A stretch of 63,283 bases of DNA, the filler included, from Actinomycetota bacterium (lineage in GTDB: Bacteria > Actinomycetota > CADDZG01 > JAHWKV01 > JAOPZY01): the NCBI GenBank assembly GCA_025963875.1. It is 8 parts of 8 records of this genome, joined end to end, with 100 filler letters (N's around TTAATTAATTAA, not from the genome) between each part and the next. Parts side by side here need not be neighbours in the genome. Positions count along the whole stretch, not along the records: positions 35,472 to 52,938 come from JAOPZY010000017.1; 7 more parts are not named here. One strand, 5' to 3'. The position numbers were made by a program, and so were the translations under genes. Shown in pieces: positions 36,670 to 46,536 of this stretch. How positions within the stretch are numbered: position 1 is the first letter of the stretch; the number at the start of each line of letters is the position of its first letter. Under the pieces are notes generated by a model. It had not been told where the DNA came from and made no database searches. It saw only the letters and a list, made by a program, of their open reading frames with translations.

Positions 36670-37419
36670 TCAGAGGCTGCCTCGCAGCCACACCAGGTCG
36701 TCGGCGATGCCGGCCCACGGCGTCTCGAAGATCACCACGGGTGCCTGGGACGTCTGGACCATGTCCAGGATGACGCTCGGGTCCATCTGGCCGGCCCCAA
36801 TGTTGGCGTGGCGGTCCGCCCCGGTGCCGGGCGCATCCCGGGAGCTGTTGCAGTGCAGGAGGTCGATCTTGCCGGTCACCTTGAGCACCCGGTCCACCAC
36901 GTCCGAGAGATCCTCCCCCGCCGCGTACGCATGGCACGTGTCGAAGCAGAACCCCACCTCGAAGCCGGCCAGCCGCTGCCACAGCCGGTCGAGCTGCTCG
37001 ACGTAGCGGGCCACCGCGTTGTCCCCGCCCGCGGTGTTCTCGATGAGGATCGGGACGGGGAACTCCCGCTCCTCGAAGACCTTCCACCAGCGGGTGGGCC
37101 CCTCGGCCGGATCGTCCTCGGCGTGGCCACCGTGCACGATCACGCCAGCCGCCCCGATCTCGGCGGCAGCATCGACGGTCTGCGCCAAGGTCTTGCGCGA
37201 CGGGACGCGGATGCGCGGCGAGGGATGGGTGACGTTCAGCCGGTAGGGGGCGTGGACGTAGATCGGAATGCCGCCCGACCGTAGGGCCTCGACGTCGGCG
37301 CGCGGCGTCGGTTTCTCGAAGCTCTGGGGGTTGCCGAGGAACATCTGGATTGCCTCGGCCCCGATGGCCCGGGCCTCGCCGAGAGGGTCCTCGTCAGGAA
37401 CATGGGCGCCGATCAGCAT
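36670..37419 (-). CDS. nfo: Endonuclease IV
   Basis: MLIGAHV, QMFLGNPQ, HAPY, ENTAG, CFDTCH, DRH, ETP. Confidence 0.93.
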   Translation of the reverse strand: MLIGAHVPDEDPLGEARAIGAEAIQMFLGNPQSFEKPTPRADVEALRSGGIPIYVHAPYRLNVTHPSPRIRVPSRKTLAQTVDAAAEIGAAGVIVHGGHAEDDPAEGPTRWWKVFEEREFPVPILIENTAGGDNAVARYVEQLDRLWQRLAGFEVGFCFDTCHAYAAGEDLSDVVDRVLKVTGKIDLLHCNSSRDAPGTGADRHANIGAGQMDPSVILDMVQTSQAPVVIFETPWAGIADDLVWLRGSL

Positions 37420-37452
37420 CGCCGCAGACTACCACGGCGACCCTGCCTCGCC

Positions 37453-37480
37453 TTGACAATTCTACGCATCTCTCTATTCT
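37453..37480 (+). promoter_or_regulatory. Putative sigma70/SigA promoter TTGACA-N16-TATTCT
   Basis: Consensus -35 and near-consensus -10 upstream of a GAGGAGG RBS and ORF 37514. Confidence 0.55.
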
Positions 37481-37513
37481 TTTACTCACGTTACTAGTGA
37501 GGAGGAGAGGTCA

Positions 37514-37714
37514 ATGCCAATCTGCAAAACGTGCGGAGCGGAGATCGAGGTACCCGAGGGTTGGACGGCGGGCTCGGCCGCGCGCCGGCACTACTGGGCG
37601 GAGCACCCCGACAGGATGCTGAAGCCCCAGGCCGACCGCGCCGCGGCGGCTAGCCAACCTGCGCCAGCCGAGCCTGCATCGCCGCCAGCGCGGCGTCGGC
37701 CTCGGCCTGCGTGA
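37514..37714 (+). CDS. Small putative zinc-finger protein (CxxC...HxxxxH)
   Basis: MPICKTCG...RRHYWAEH; strong RBS and promoter. Confidence 0.65.
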   Translation: MPICKTCGAEIEVPEGWTAGSAARRHYWAEHPDRMLKPQADRAAAASQPAPAEPASPPARRRPRPA

Positions 37715-40700
37715 TGGTGCGCGAATCACGGGTTCCGTCGGCCAGGTAGCAGTAGGTCAGGGTCAGCGGGCCCCGGAAGGCCACCCCCAGGCGGCTCAGC
37801 GCGGCTGCGTACAGCGCGAGCTGGTCCACCCCGGCGAACTCCACACGCCCGCCGGTCTTGAAGTCCACGACCTCCAGGCCGCCGTCGTCGGTCTCGTACA
37901 CGGCGTCGATCCGGCCACGCACCAGCCTGGGACCCACCTTGAGGACGAACGGCAGCTCCGCCATCGGCTCTCCAGAGTCGAGGCGGGCGATCCGGCGCTG
38001 CCGGTATCCCATCCCGAGCCAGGTGTCCCGGAGCTGCCGGATGCGACCGGCCGCCAGCGGGGCGGCGGGGACGTCGAACGCCTCCTCGTCGGCCAGGCCG
38101 GTCAGGCCCCGGGCCTGCTCCTCGATCCAGCGGTGGACCTCGACGCCGATGCGGGCCGCCTCCGACGGCTTGCGGGGAAGGGGCCGGGTCAGGTCGCCCG
38201 GCGTGATGCGCTCCGACAGCAGGCCCGCCACCTGGGTGGCCGAGACCGACCGCGGCAGGGAGGCTCCCCGTCCCGGCACCAGCTGGGCATCCTCACTCGA
38301 GCGCACGAGCGCCGCGGCGACCCCCCGGTGCACTTCCAGCAGCTCCTCCGCCCGTGCCCGGGCGGCCGGGTCGAGGCGGCCGAGGTGGTCTTCAGGCGTC
38401 ACGGCGCCGGCGAGCAGGCCCTCCAGCGCCGCTGGATATCCCTCCAGGAACAACCCGTCGCGCCGGAGCCGGTTGGGCGGGTCCGGTGGCCAGACCGCCA
38501 GCTCGCTCAGGCGTGCGAGCAGCGGACTCTCCTGGGGCATCTCGGCAGGGGTGAGCTCCTCGCTGTCGGGGTCGGCCCTGACTTCGTCGAAGAACATCGA
38601 TGGCCCCCGCGGCTTGTTCTGGCGGTGGTACCACCAGGCGGCCGTGACGTACAGCCGCTTGCGGGCACGCGTAAGGGCCACGTAGAAGAGGCGCCGCTCG
38701 TCCTCGACCGCGCGCTCTTTCAGCTCGCGCTGCAGCTCGGCCTTCTTGCGGGGCCGGCCGTCGGGCTGCCACGGGTTGGGGAGGTGGCCTGCGTCCTCCC
38801 GGACCAGGTGCGGGAGCTGGCCCTGCGACGTCATCGGGTTGGACGTCCGCTCGTCCGGGAAGATGGACTCCACCCGCTCGTCCTTCTCGTTGGTGCGGGC
38901 GGCGACCCCCGGGACGAAGACGACGTCGAACTCCAGCCCCTTCGCCTGGTGCACGGTCATGAGCTTGACCGAGTCGACGCCGCTGGGCACCCCGGCCTCC
39001 AGGGTCTCCTCCACCTCCTCGGCGGCGTCGAGGTAGGCCAGGAACGCCGGCAGCGACGGATCGCCGGCCACCGGGGCGAACCCCGCGACGACCCCGAGGA
39101 AGCCGGTCAGGTTGACCGACGCGCCGGGGCCTGCCGTCTCGAGGGCCTCCGCGATCCCCGACTCACGCATCACCGCCTGCACGAGGTCCGCCAGCGGCTC
39201 CCCGCTGCGCCCTCGCAGAGCGGCGATCTCGTCCCGTGCCCGCTCGAGGCGGGCGATTGCGAGCTGGCCGAGGCCGTCGATCTCGGTCAGGTGGTCCAGG
39301 GCCTCCGACAGCGAGTAGGCCACCTCGTCGGGCTCGGCCTCCACCTCGGCGGGAGCACCTTCCTCGGGTGGGAGCACCCGCCGGCCCGCGGTGAGCTCCT
39401 TGGTCTGGCGGGCTGCCCACCGGGCCAGACGGGTCAGGTCGCGGTAGTGGATGCGGAAGCGGGGGCCGAGCAGGATCCGGGCGAGCCACCGGTTCGCCAT
39501 CGGGCCGGGATCGGCAAGGACCCGCAACCAGGCGATCGTGTCGAGGACCTCGGGGACCTCCAGCAGCCCCGCCAGACCGACGACGTCGACCGGGATGCCC
39601 TTGGCCCGCAGGGCATCGTGGATGGGGCGGATGTGGGACTTGCGCCGCACGAGGACGGCGAACTGGGACCACGGGGTGCCGGTGCCACCGGCTTCGGCGG
39701 AAGCGTGGAGGCGCTCAATCTCGCCCGAGATGAACGACGCCTCCTGCTCCTGGTCCGCCGCCAGCTTCACGCCGACCCATCCCTCGCCGTTGGCGGGATG
39801 CGGCCGCAGCGCCCCGCCCGGCCGCCGCTCGGCAGGAACCCGGTCGATGACCCGGTTCGCCACCTCGAGGATCCGCCGCCCACTCCTGAAGTTCTCCGAG
39901 AGGGTCAGATACTCGTGGGGTTCGTCCCCCAACCGAAGGAAGTGCCTCGTCGGGAAGTCGATGAGGTTGAACAGCGTGGAGCCCCGCCACTGGAAGATGT
40001 TCTGCCGGGCGTCGCCGACCGCCGTGACGTTGTGGCCTGTGGGAGCCAGGAGCTGGATCAGGCGGCGCTGGGCGACGTTGGTGTCCTGGTACTCGTCCAG
40101 CAGGATCGCCGGGTACCGGGCCCGGAGCTCGGCGGCGACCGAGGGGTCCTCCATGATCTGGACCGCCCTCGTCACCTGGTCCCCGAAATCGATGCGCCGG
40201 GCGCGGAGCTTGGCATCGGTGTAGGCCCGGACGACCCTTGCCAGCTCGATGCGCTTGCGCGAGCACGCCACGACGTCGTCGGGGAACTGGGCTGCGTCGC
40301 GCAGGACCCGTTCGTCCTCCTCGATCACCCGCTCCGGTGTGACGAGGTGATTGCCGCAGGCATCGGCGAGGCCGAGGACGCTGCGGCAGATCGACGCCGG
40401 CGACCGGGAGTCGACGGCGTCGAAGGGGGGCAGCGAGTCGAAGCAGGACAGCAGGAGCTGCCAGCGCTGCGCCTCGGACAGCAGCCCCACCTCGGGGTCG
40501 ATGCCGATCCGGACGCCGTGCTCGCGCAGCAGGCCGTCGGCGAACGCGTTGTACGTGGCGATGTGGGGGCGCTCGTGGGGCACGGGGTCGAGCTCGCGGA
40601 ATGCCTCCTCGATGCGGGCCTCCAGCTCCCCCGCCGCCTTGTTCGTGAAGGTCAGACCCAGGATCTGCGAGGCGGCGAACTGGGCGTCCTCTGTCAGCCA

Positions 40701-40856
40701 GACCACCCGGGCAGCCATGACCGCCGTCTTGCCGCTCCCGGCCCCCGCGATGATGGCGAGGGGCACGGCGGGGTGGAAGATCGCCGACCACTGCTCGTCG
40801 CTGGGGTCGTGGCCCCGCAGGGCCGCCCGGACCGCCTCGGTGGCCCGCCGCTTCAT
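37650..40856 (-). CDS. adnB: AdnB-like UvrD helicase with C-terminal PD-(D/E)XK nuclease
   Basis: AGAGSGKT, LDEYQD, GDARQNIFQWRG, TVHQAKGLEF, YVALTRA, GRIDAV..VDFKTG. Confidence 0.85.
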   Translation of the reverse strand: MKRRATEAVRAALRGHDPSDEQWSAIFHPAVPLAIIAGAGSGKTAVMAARVVWLTEDAQFAASQILGLTFTNKAAGELEARIEEAFRELDPVPHERPHIATYNAFADGLLREHGVRIGIDPEVGLLSEAQRWQLLLSCFDSLPPFDAVDSRSPASICRSVLGLADACGNHLVTPERVIEEDERVLRDAAQFPDDVVACSRKRIELARVVRAYTDAKLRARRIDFGDQVTRAVQIMEDPSVAAELRARYPAILLDEYQDTNVAQRRLIQLLAPTGHNVTAVGDARQNIFQWRGSTLFNLIDFPTRHFLRLGDEPHEYLTLSENFRSGRRILEVANRVIDRVPAERRPGGALRPHPANGEGWVGVKLAADQEQEASFISGEIERLHASAEAGGTGTPWSQFAVLVRRKSHIRPIHDALRAKGIPVDVVGLAGLLEVPEVLDTIAWLRVLADPGPMANRWLARILLGPRFRIHYRDLTRLARWAARQTKELTAGRRVLPPEEGAPAEVEAEPDEVAYSLSEALDHLTEIDGLGQLAIARLERARDEIAALRGRSGEPLADLVQAVMRESGIAEALETAGPGASVNLTGFLGVVAGFAPVAGDPSLPAFLAYLDAAEEVEETLEAGVPSGVDSVKLMTVHQAKGLEFDVVFVPGVAARTNEKDERVESIFPDERTSNPMTSQGQLPHLVREDAGHLPNPWQPDGRPRKKAELQRELKERAVEDERRLFYVALTRARKRLYVTAAWWYHRQNKPRGPSMFFDEVRADPDSEELTPAEMPQESPLLARLSELAVWPPDPPNRLRRDGLFLEGYPAALEGLLAGAVTPEDHLGRLDPAARARAEELLEVHRGVAAALVRSSEDAQLVPGRGASLPRSVSATQVAGLLSERITPGDLTRPLPRKPSEAARIGVEVHRWIEEQARGLTGLADEEAFDVPAAPLAAGRIRQLRDTWLGMGYRQRRIARLDSGEPMAELPFVLKVGPRLVRGRIDAVYETDDGGLEVVDFKTGGRVEFAGVDQLALYAAALSRLGVAFRGPLTLTYCYLADGTRDSRTITQAEADAALAAMQARLAQVG

Positions 40857-43783
40857 CTCAGCTCACTCCCTTGCGGCCACAGGGGGCACATCGGCTTCAC
40901 CGCACACCACATGCAGTCGGCCAGCGGCGAGGGGGCGAACTTCTCGTTGCGGATATCGGCGACCAGGCCGGGAAGGCGCTTCAGCACCTTGTCGGCCTGC
41001 TCGGGGTTCTGCACCCGCTCCAGCGGCTTGCCGTCCGAGAACGTGGCGCCCGGATACACCAGCCGGGCGGCGATCGGCGCGCCAAGAGCCGCCAGATCGG
41101 GATCCTCCCTGGCAGCCTTGTAGTAAATGGCGAGCTGCAGGGACTCCTGCGCCTCCGTCACCCCCGCCGCCCACTTGGCCGTCTTGTAGTCCGTGAGGCG
41201 CAGCTTGTTGTCGCCGATCTGGTCGACCCGGTCGATGCGGCCCCGCAGCCGGGTGCTCCCGAACTCCAGGTCGAACTCGTGCTCGACCGCGACCGTCTTG
41301 TAGCGCCGCTCGTAGTCCCAGAAGGCCCGCAGCATCTTCTCCCCGTCCCGCCGGAACTGGCGGGCGATGGTGAGATTGGGGAAGACGGACTCGTCGAAGT
41401 ACTGCCGGTACCGCTCCAGCAACGCCGGCGGCGTGGTGAGCTCCTTGTTGTGCACTGCCTCGAACAGCGCATGCATCCACGTCCCGAACTTCATCGAGTG
41501 GGTCGAGCTCGGGTCCAGGCCCAGCACCGACACCAGCAGGTACTGCAGGCCGCAGTTGTCGTAGTAGCTGAGGCGGGAGTAGGACGTCCTCAGCACGTCG
41601 CCCTCGACCGGGACGGCCCCCTCGGTCCACTCCCAGCGCCCGTACCACTTGCCCGGGTCGGTGCCCGGCAGCTCGGCGAGGGCCAGGAGCGCCGCCACCC
41701 GAGCCTCGGGTGGCTCGGTGCTGGGGTCCACCTCGAGGATGCGGCGCAGCCGCGCCCGCTGCTCCGACTCGGTGAGGGCAGGCAGGTCCTCCACGGGGGG
41801 CGCCACCGGCTCGCAGCCGAGCTCCCCCAGGAAGCGGCTCGGCCGGCCCCGGCCAAACGCCCCCTGGGACACGGTGAACAACACCCGCCGCCGCGCGCGC
41901 GTGGCCGCGACGTAGAAGGTGCGCCGGTCGGCGGCGATCGCCTCGATCGCACGGTCGGCGGCGTCGGCGATCTCGAGGGCCAGCGGATCGAAGAGACCCT
42001 GGGCGCGCCGGCCCTTGGGGATCCACGTGTCGAGGCACCCAGCCACGACGACCGTGTCCCACTCCCTGCCCTTCGCTGCGTGGAACGACAGGATGGCGAC
42101 GCGCCCCGACCCGGTGGGCAGGGGGGGAAGCCACGGATCGCCGCCGAAGTCTGCTCGTGCCGCCTCGTTCAGGTAGTCGCGGATCGTGGCAAGCCCGTGC
42201 CGGCGCTCGACGAAGCGCCCGAGGGCATGGTCGAAGGCGACCAGGGCGTCGAGCTGCAGCGACGCCTCAACCCCGCGTGCCTCCCGCAGGCGGCGGTAGT
42301 ACGCCGCGGCGTCGAAGACCTCCCAGAAGCACTCCTGCGCATTGCCCGCATGGAGCACGACCATGTCGCACAGGCGGGCCAGCGCCGCGACCTCCGCTAG
42401 GCCGGACGACTCCTCCAGCACCTTGACGAGCGGCCGGCCGGTCTGCCAGGCCAGACGCTCCAGCCTGCGGCGCCCCGCGTAGCCGAGCCCCACGAGCGGG
42501 CTGGTGAGCAGACCCGGCAGCACCGCCTCCCAGCCCTCCTCCCTGAGGGCGACGCGCACGAGGTCGAGGAACATGCCCACCGCAGGCTCCGCCCCCAGAG
42601 GCCGCTCCCCGACGAGGGGCCGGTGCGGGACCTCCCAGCGGGCGAGCGCCCGCTGGAGCGACCCCAGCAGGTAGGCGGGTTGCGAGACCAGCACCGCCAT
42701 GTCGTCCCAAGGAACCCCGTCGAACAGGTGGGTGCGCCGCAGCTCCCTGGCGATGTGGTCGACCTCCTCCGCCGGCGATCCGAACTGGCGGGCCTCGAAG
42801 ATGGTCGGGTGCGCCGGCGCGGCCGGTGGCGTACGGTCCCCCGCCGGGTCGTTGCGGGCTGCCAGCCCCGCTGCCGCCGCAGACAGCGGCTGGCCGAGGC
42901 GGTGACCCTCCTCCAGCACGATGGTGCGGGCAGGGCCGGCGTGCCGCTCGAAGCCCAGCACCCACTCGGACTCGGCCCCCCGGAAACCTTCGACGCCCGA
43001 GTCGGGGTCGGCCGCCACACAGAGGTTGTTCCGCTCCAGCAGGACCAGCAACTCCCGCTGCGCCCGGCTCATCTCCTCGGCCTCGTCGACGATGACATGG
43101 GGGAACCGGTGACGCAACGTCTCGGCGAGGTCGGGCTGCTCCGCCAGCATCCGCACCGCCGTGGCGATCAGGCCGGCATAGTCGAGGCGGCTGTCCTTGC
43201 GGAGCTCGGCCTGGTAGGTCTGGTAGAACCTCGTGACGGGCAGCCACTCCGCACGGTGCCGGGCAAGAGCCTCCAGGTCGTCGTTGCTCATCAACCGCTG
43301 GGTGACCCGCAGGCAGAAGTCCGCGACCTCGTCGACAAACGCCCGGTCCCGCAGCCGGTCGCCCCACACTCCCCAGTCGACGGGGCGCTCCGCGGCCAGC
43401 AGCTCCCGGACCTTGCCCCACTGCTCGGGGGCGGTCAGCAGCACCGGGGACTCCCGGTACCCGAGGACCGGGTAATGCCGGGAGACAAGGTGGTTGGCCA
43501 GCGCGTGCCAGGTGTAGACGGGAACGTCCACGACCACCGTCTGCGCAAGCTCGCCGAAGAGCCGGTCCTTGGCCTCCATCGAGTAACGACGGTTGGTGCA
43601 CAGGAAGAGGATCCGGTGCGGCGCCAGCCCCGGAGAGGAGGCGAGCCGCAGGTACCGCTGCTCGAGCGCCCGGGTCTTGCCCGTGCCGGGGCCGCCGAGC
43701 ACAAGGAGGGGTCCTCCCTCGTGGGCCACCACTTCTTCCTGCGCGGGGCTCAGCTCGGCCCGCGGCTCGATGGCGACCCTCAT
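40853..43783 (-). CDS. adnA: AdnA-like helicase-nuclease subunit with Fe-S nuclease domain
   Basis: GGPGTGKT, degenerate motor motifs, HAAKGREW, GRIDRVD..DYKT, C...CMWC.....C. Confidence 0.85.
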   Translation of the reverse strand: MRVAIEPRAELSPAQEEVVAHEGGPLLVLGGPGTGKTRALEQRYLRLASSPGLAPHRILFLCTNRRYSMEAKDRLFGELAQTVVVDVPVYTWHALANHLVSRHYPVLGYRESPVLLTAPEQWGKVRELLAAERPVDWGVWGDRLRDRAFVDEVADFCLRVTQRLMSNDDLEALARHRAEWLPVTRFYQTYQAELRKDSRLDYAGLIATAVRMLAEQPDLAETLRHRFPHVIVDEAEEMSRAQRELLVLLERNNLCVAADPDSGVEGFRGAESEWVLGFERHAGPARTIVLEEGHRLGQPLSAAAAGLAARNDPAGDRTPPAAPAHPTIFEARQFGSPAEEVDHIARELRRTHLFDGVPWDDMAVLVSQPAYLLGSLQRALARWEVPHRPLVGERPLGAEPAVGMFLDLVRVALREEGWEAVLPGLLTSPLVGLGYAGRRRLERLAWQTGRPLVKVLEESSGLAEVAALARLCDMVVLHAGNAQECFWEVFDAAAYYRRLREARGVEASLQLDALVAFDHALGRFVERRHGLATIRDYLNEAARADFGGDPWLPPLPTGSGRVAILSFHAAKGREWDTVVVAGCLDTWIPKGRRAQGLFDPLALEIADAADRAIEAIAADRRTFYVAATRARRRVLFTVSQGAFGRGRPSRFLGELGCEPVAPPVEDLPALTESEQRARLRRILEVDPSTEPPEARVAALLALAELPGTDPGKWYGRWEWTEGAVPVEGDVLRTSYSRLSYYDNCGLQYLLVSVLGLDPSSTHSMKFGTWMHALFEAVHNKELTTPPALLERYRQYFDESVFPNLTIARQFRRDGEKMLRAFWDYERRYKTVAVEHEFDLEFGSTRLRGRIDRVDQIGDNKLRLTDYKTAKWAAGVTEAQESLQLAIYYKAAREDPDLAALGAPIAARLVYPGATFSDGKPLERVQNPEQADKVLKRLPGLVADIRNEKFAPSPLADCMWCAVKPMCPLWPQGSELR

Positions 43784-45162
43784 AGTTCCAGCACGCTCGC
43801 CAGGTCTTCCGAGGAGACCACGAACGCCCCCTGGGCGATGCACCGCTTGCGCAGCTCCCGGTCGGAGGTGACGACGACAGGGGCGTCCGGCCCCCGCGAC
43901 TCTGCTTCGAGCTCTGCGACGATGAAGTCGTCGGCGGTCTCGCCCTCGGTGAAGATCCGGGCGATGGTCCTGCCCTCCGCTCGGGGCATCCAGAACCACG
44001 ACACCTTACGGCCGTCATAGACGACCATGACCTTGTTGCCGGTCCTCGACTTGTAGCGCTCCAGCGCCTGCTCGAGCACCCGGCGTTTGTCCTCGAGCCT
44101 CGCGGCCCCGATGTGACCCAGGCTCACGTTCCATCCGTCGACGAGCAGCAGGAGCCGTTTGGCGTCGAGAACCCCCCGAGCACCGAACTGCACGAAGCGG
44201 TCACGGAGGTCCGCCGTGGTGGGAGCCGCCTCCTCGGACCGGAGCTCCAGCTCGGGCGCGTCCACCTCGACCGGCAGCCTGGCGCGCACCTCCCGGAGCT
44301 CCCGGCGGGCTCGCTGGTAGCGGTCCTCGGACTCGCGGAGCTCTCCCAGGAGGTCGCGGCGCTCCCGGCGGCCCGCCTCGAGGGCCGCGTGGGCCGTGGC
44401 GAGTTCGTGCATCAGGGCCTCGGCCCGGGCGGCCTCGGCGTTGGCCTCGACCCGGGTCCAGCCCGCCCGCGACTCGGCCTTCGTCGCCTGTGCCCGGGCC
44501 GACTCGGCCGTGGTGGTGGCAGACGCGATCTTGCGTTCCAGCGCCCTGCGCGCCCGGCGTTCGCGCGCCAGTTCCTGGTCGACCCGCCGCAGCCGCTCCT
44601 GCGCCTCCAGGTTCTCGCGGGACAGGGCATCGACCATGCCCGCCAGCAGCGTGCCGGAGGCCTCGTCCTTCTGCGTGGCCCATTCCGCCACCTGCTCCGC
44701 ATCGTCGGGCTGGCCGGCGGCGAACAGCAGGCAGACCGCGAGGGCCACATCCAGCTCGGCCTGCTCGATCATCCCGATGACCTCGTCGACCGTGGCCCCT
44801 TCGATGGCGCCGGCCTCGGCCTCCTTGTCCTCGAACAGGCGGTCGAAGGCGGCATCGGTGAACTTCTCGTGGCGGCCGAGGGCGGTGAGGATGGCTTCCC
44901 GGTGGGCACGGGACAGCTTGGGGTGCCGGCGACCGGTCAGCGGAATCAGCCGAGGCGGGACGTCGGTGCGAACCATGGTCTCCAGGCCGTTCACCGCGGC
45001 GTCGAACAACGGCTCGATCAGCCAGTCCGCAACATCGAAGCCGTTGAGGGGCGCGGGGGCGGGTACCGGGGCGAGCGGCGATTCGGCCTCCGGGGAGGTC
45101 TCCTCTTCCACCGGCTGTTCGTCGACGCCCTCGCTCACGATTCCCCTCTCCTGGATGCTCAT
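43780..45162 (-). CDS. Coiled-coil protein with C-terminal YacP-like NYN (PIN-fold) nuclease
   Basis: LLVDGWNV, VVYDG, ETADDFI, VVTSDREL. Confidence 0.85.
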   Translation of the reverse strand: MSIQERGIVSEGVDEQPVEEETSPEAESPLAPVPAPAPLNGFDVADWLIEPLFDAAVNGLETMVRTDVPPRLIPLTGRRHPKLSRAHREAILTALGRHEKFTDAAFDRLFEDKEAEAGAIEGATVDEVIGMIEQAELDVALAVCLLFAAGQPDDAEQVAEWATQKDEASGTLLAGMVDALSRENLEAQERLRRVDQELARERRARRALERKIASATTTAESARAQATKAESRAGWTRVEANAEAARAEALMHELATAHAALEAGRRERRDLLGELRESEDRYQRARRELREVRARLPVEVDAPELELRSEEAAPTTADLRDRFVQFGARGVLDAKRLLLLVDGWNVSLGHIGAARLEDKRRVLEQALERYKSRTGNKVMVVYDGRKVSWFWMPRAEGRTIARIFTEGETADDFIVAELEAESRGPDAPVVVTSDRELRKRCIAQGAFVVSSEDLASVLEL

Positions 45163-46115
45163 GTCGCGAGCCGATCAGGCTCGGCCGGCGCCGGACCGAC
45201 CATAGAGTCGGCTTCCTCCCAGGTCAATCGAGCTTGGCTCTCCTCCCGCTGTGCCGGCGCCGGTGCCGAGATGGCATCGAGAGAGGTGCGCGCGCTCATC
45301 ACCAGTGTGCGCATCTCCGCCGCCGCGTTGCCGGCCATCTTGAGGCCGCGGGAGAGCTGCCCCTCGATCCGGTCGCCCATCTCCTGCAGGTGGAACGAAA
45401 CCTCGTGGATCCGTGCGAGCGCCTGGGCCTCGTCGACTTCGCGCGTGTAGGCGCCGTAGAGGTTCCAGACCGCCATGAGCACCGGCACAGCCAGCGAGTA
45501 GGACACGATGAGCACCCGGGCGTCCTTGGCGAGCCGGTGGGCCTTGCGGCAGCACGCGTACACGGCGTCGGGTACCGCCATGACGGCGAGGGGCGCGGTG
45601 AGCGAGGCGTCGACATAGCCCGCCACCTCCCGGAGGCGCCCGCAGACGACCTTCTCGACCCGGCGGCGGAGCTCGTCGCGGGCCGCGGGATCCAACTCCT
45701 CCTGCAGGCGGGCGGCGATCTCGACGCTCGGCCACTTGGAGTCGATGGGGAGGACCTTGCCGTCGGGCAGGGCGAGGGCGAACTCGCAGACCCTCCCGCC
45801 GAGCGTGAAGTCCCGCTGAACCATGTCCGGAGGGAATTCGCCGAGGGCGGCGGCGAGCAGGTTCTCCCCCGCCCGGCCGCGCGACCACGATCCCGCCACC
45901 AGACGCTCGATGCGGCCCACGGCACCGGTGGCCTGCTCCTCCAGCCTGCGGCGCTCCTCGAACTTGCCGAGGAGCTCGGACATCGAGGCGGCCGTCTGGT
46001 CAACCCGCGCCTGCAGCGTGCGCGTGGCCTCGTCGGGCTCCGAGCTACCTCGCCGGCGCAGGAGGAGCGCGGCGACAACGATGGCCGCCGCCAGGACCAC
46101 CAGCCCTCCATCCAT
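45159..46115 (-). CDS. rmuC: RmuC-family protein
   Basis: N-terminal TM, RGRAGE, LPDGKVLPIDSKWP, AVMAVP. Confidence 0.75.
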   Translation of the reverse strand: MDGGLVVLAAAIVVAALLLRRRGSSEPDEATRTLQARVDQTAASMSELLGKFEERRRLEEQATGAVGRIERLVAGSWSRGRAGENLLAAALGEFPPDMVQRDFTLGGRVCEFALALPDGKVLPIDSKWPSVEIAARLQEELDPAARDELRRRVEKVVCGRLREVAGYVDASLTAPLAVMAVPDAVYACCRKAHRLAKDARVLIVSYSLAVPVLMAVWNLYGAYTREVDEAQALARIHEVSFHLQEMGDRIEGQLSRGLKMAGNAAAEMRTLVMSARTSLDAISAPAPAQREESQARLTWEEADSMVGPAPAEPDRLAT

Positions 46116-46153
46116 AAGCGCCTCCCAGCTCTGTTCGAATACCTGCAGGACCG

Positions 46154-46175
46154 ATGGTACGGAGAGGTACCGACA
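46154..46175 (-). promoter_or_regulatory. RecA-NDp/PafBC-type promoter TGTCGG-N10-TACCAT for rmuC-NYN-adnA-adnB
   Basis: Minus strand reads TGTCGG-tacctctccg-TACCAT, 38 nt upstream of the rmuC ATG. Confidence 0.75.
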
Positions 46176-46294
46176 AAAAACGGCCCGTTTTCGATGGCCG
46201 CCAAAAAAGTAGTCGGCTCCTCGCTGTTTCGAGTGGGTGAGCAGATCTCTAGGTAGGCCCGGCAGGCTCAGACTCAGAGCATAACCATCACAGC

Positions 46295-46349
46295 GATCTT
46301 CTTTGTTTGATTATACATCATTATCATGTTTTTTCATACAAAGAAGATC
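46295..46349. repeat. 55-bp AT-rich palindromic element, copy 2
   Basis: GATCTTCTTTGT...ACAAAGAAGATC; aligns without gaps to 7143-7197. Confidence 0.8.
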
Positions 46350-46374
46350 GGCGCCGCAGCGAAGGGGCCAGATT

Positions 46375-46520
46375 CCGGGGTATGGCTTTTCCGACCTCCG
46401 CGTCACCAGGGGCCGGAGGAGAAAGGTTGGGAACCTAGCGCGCGTGCGCGCGATTCACTCCCAACTTCGGATCAGGGGCCGGGCATCGAGGCCAATTCGG
46501 ACCGAAAACGGGCCGTTTAC
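46375..46520 (+). repeat. Intergenic repeat family, copy B (more diverged)
   Basis: ccggggtatggcttt...ggttgggaacctagcgcgcg...cccaacttcgga...aaacgggccgt aligns with copies A and C. Confidence 0.85.
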
Positions 46521-46536
46521 TAAGAACCCGATAGAA

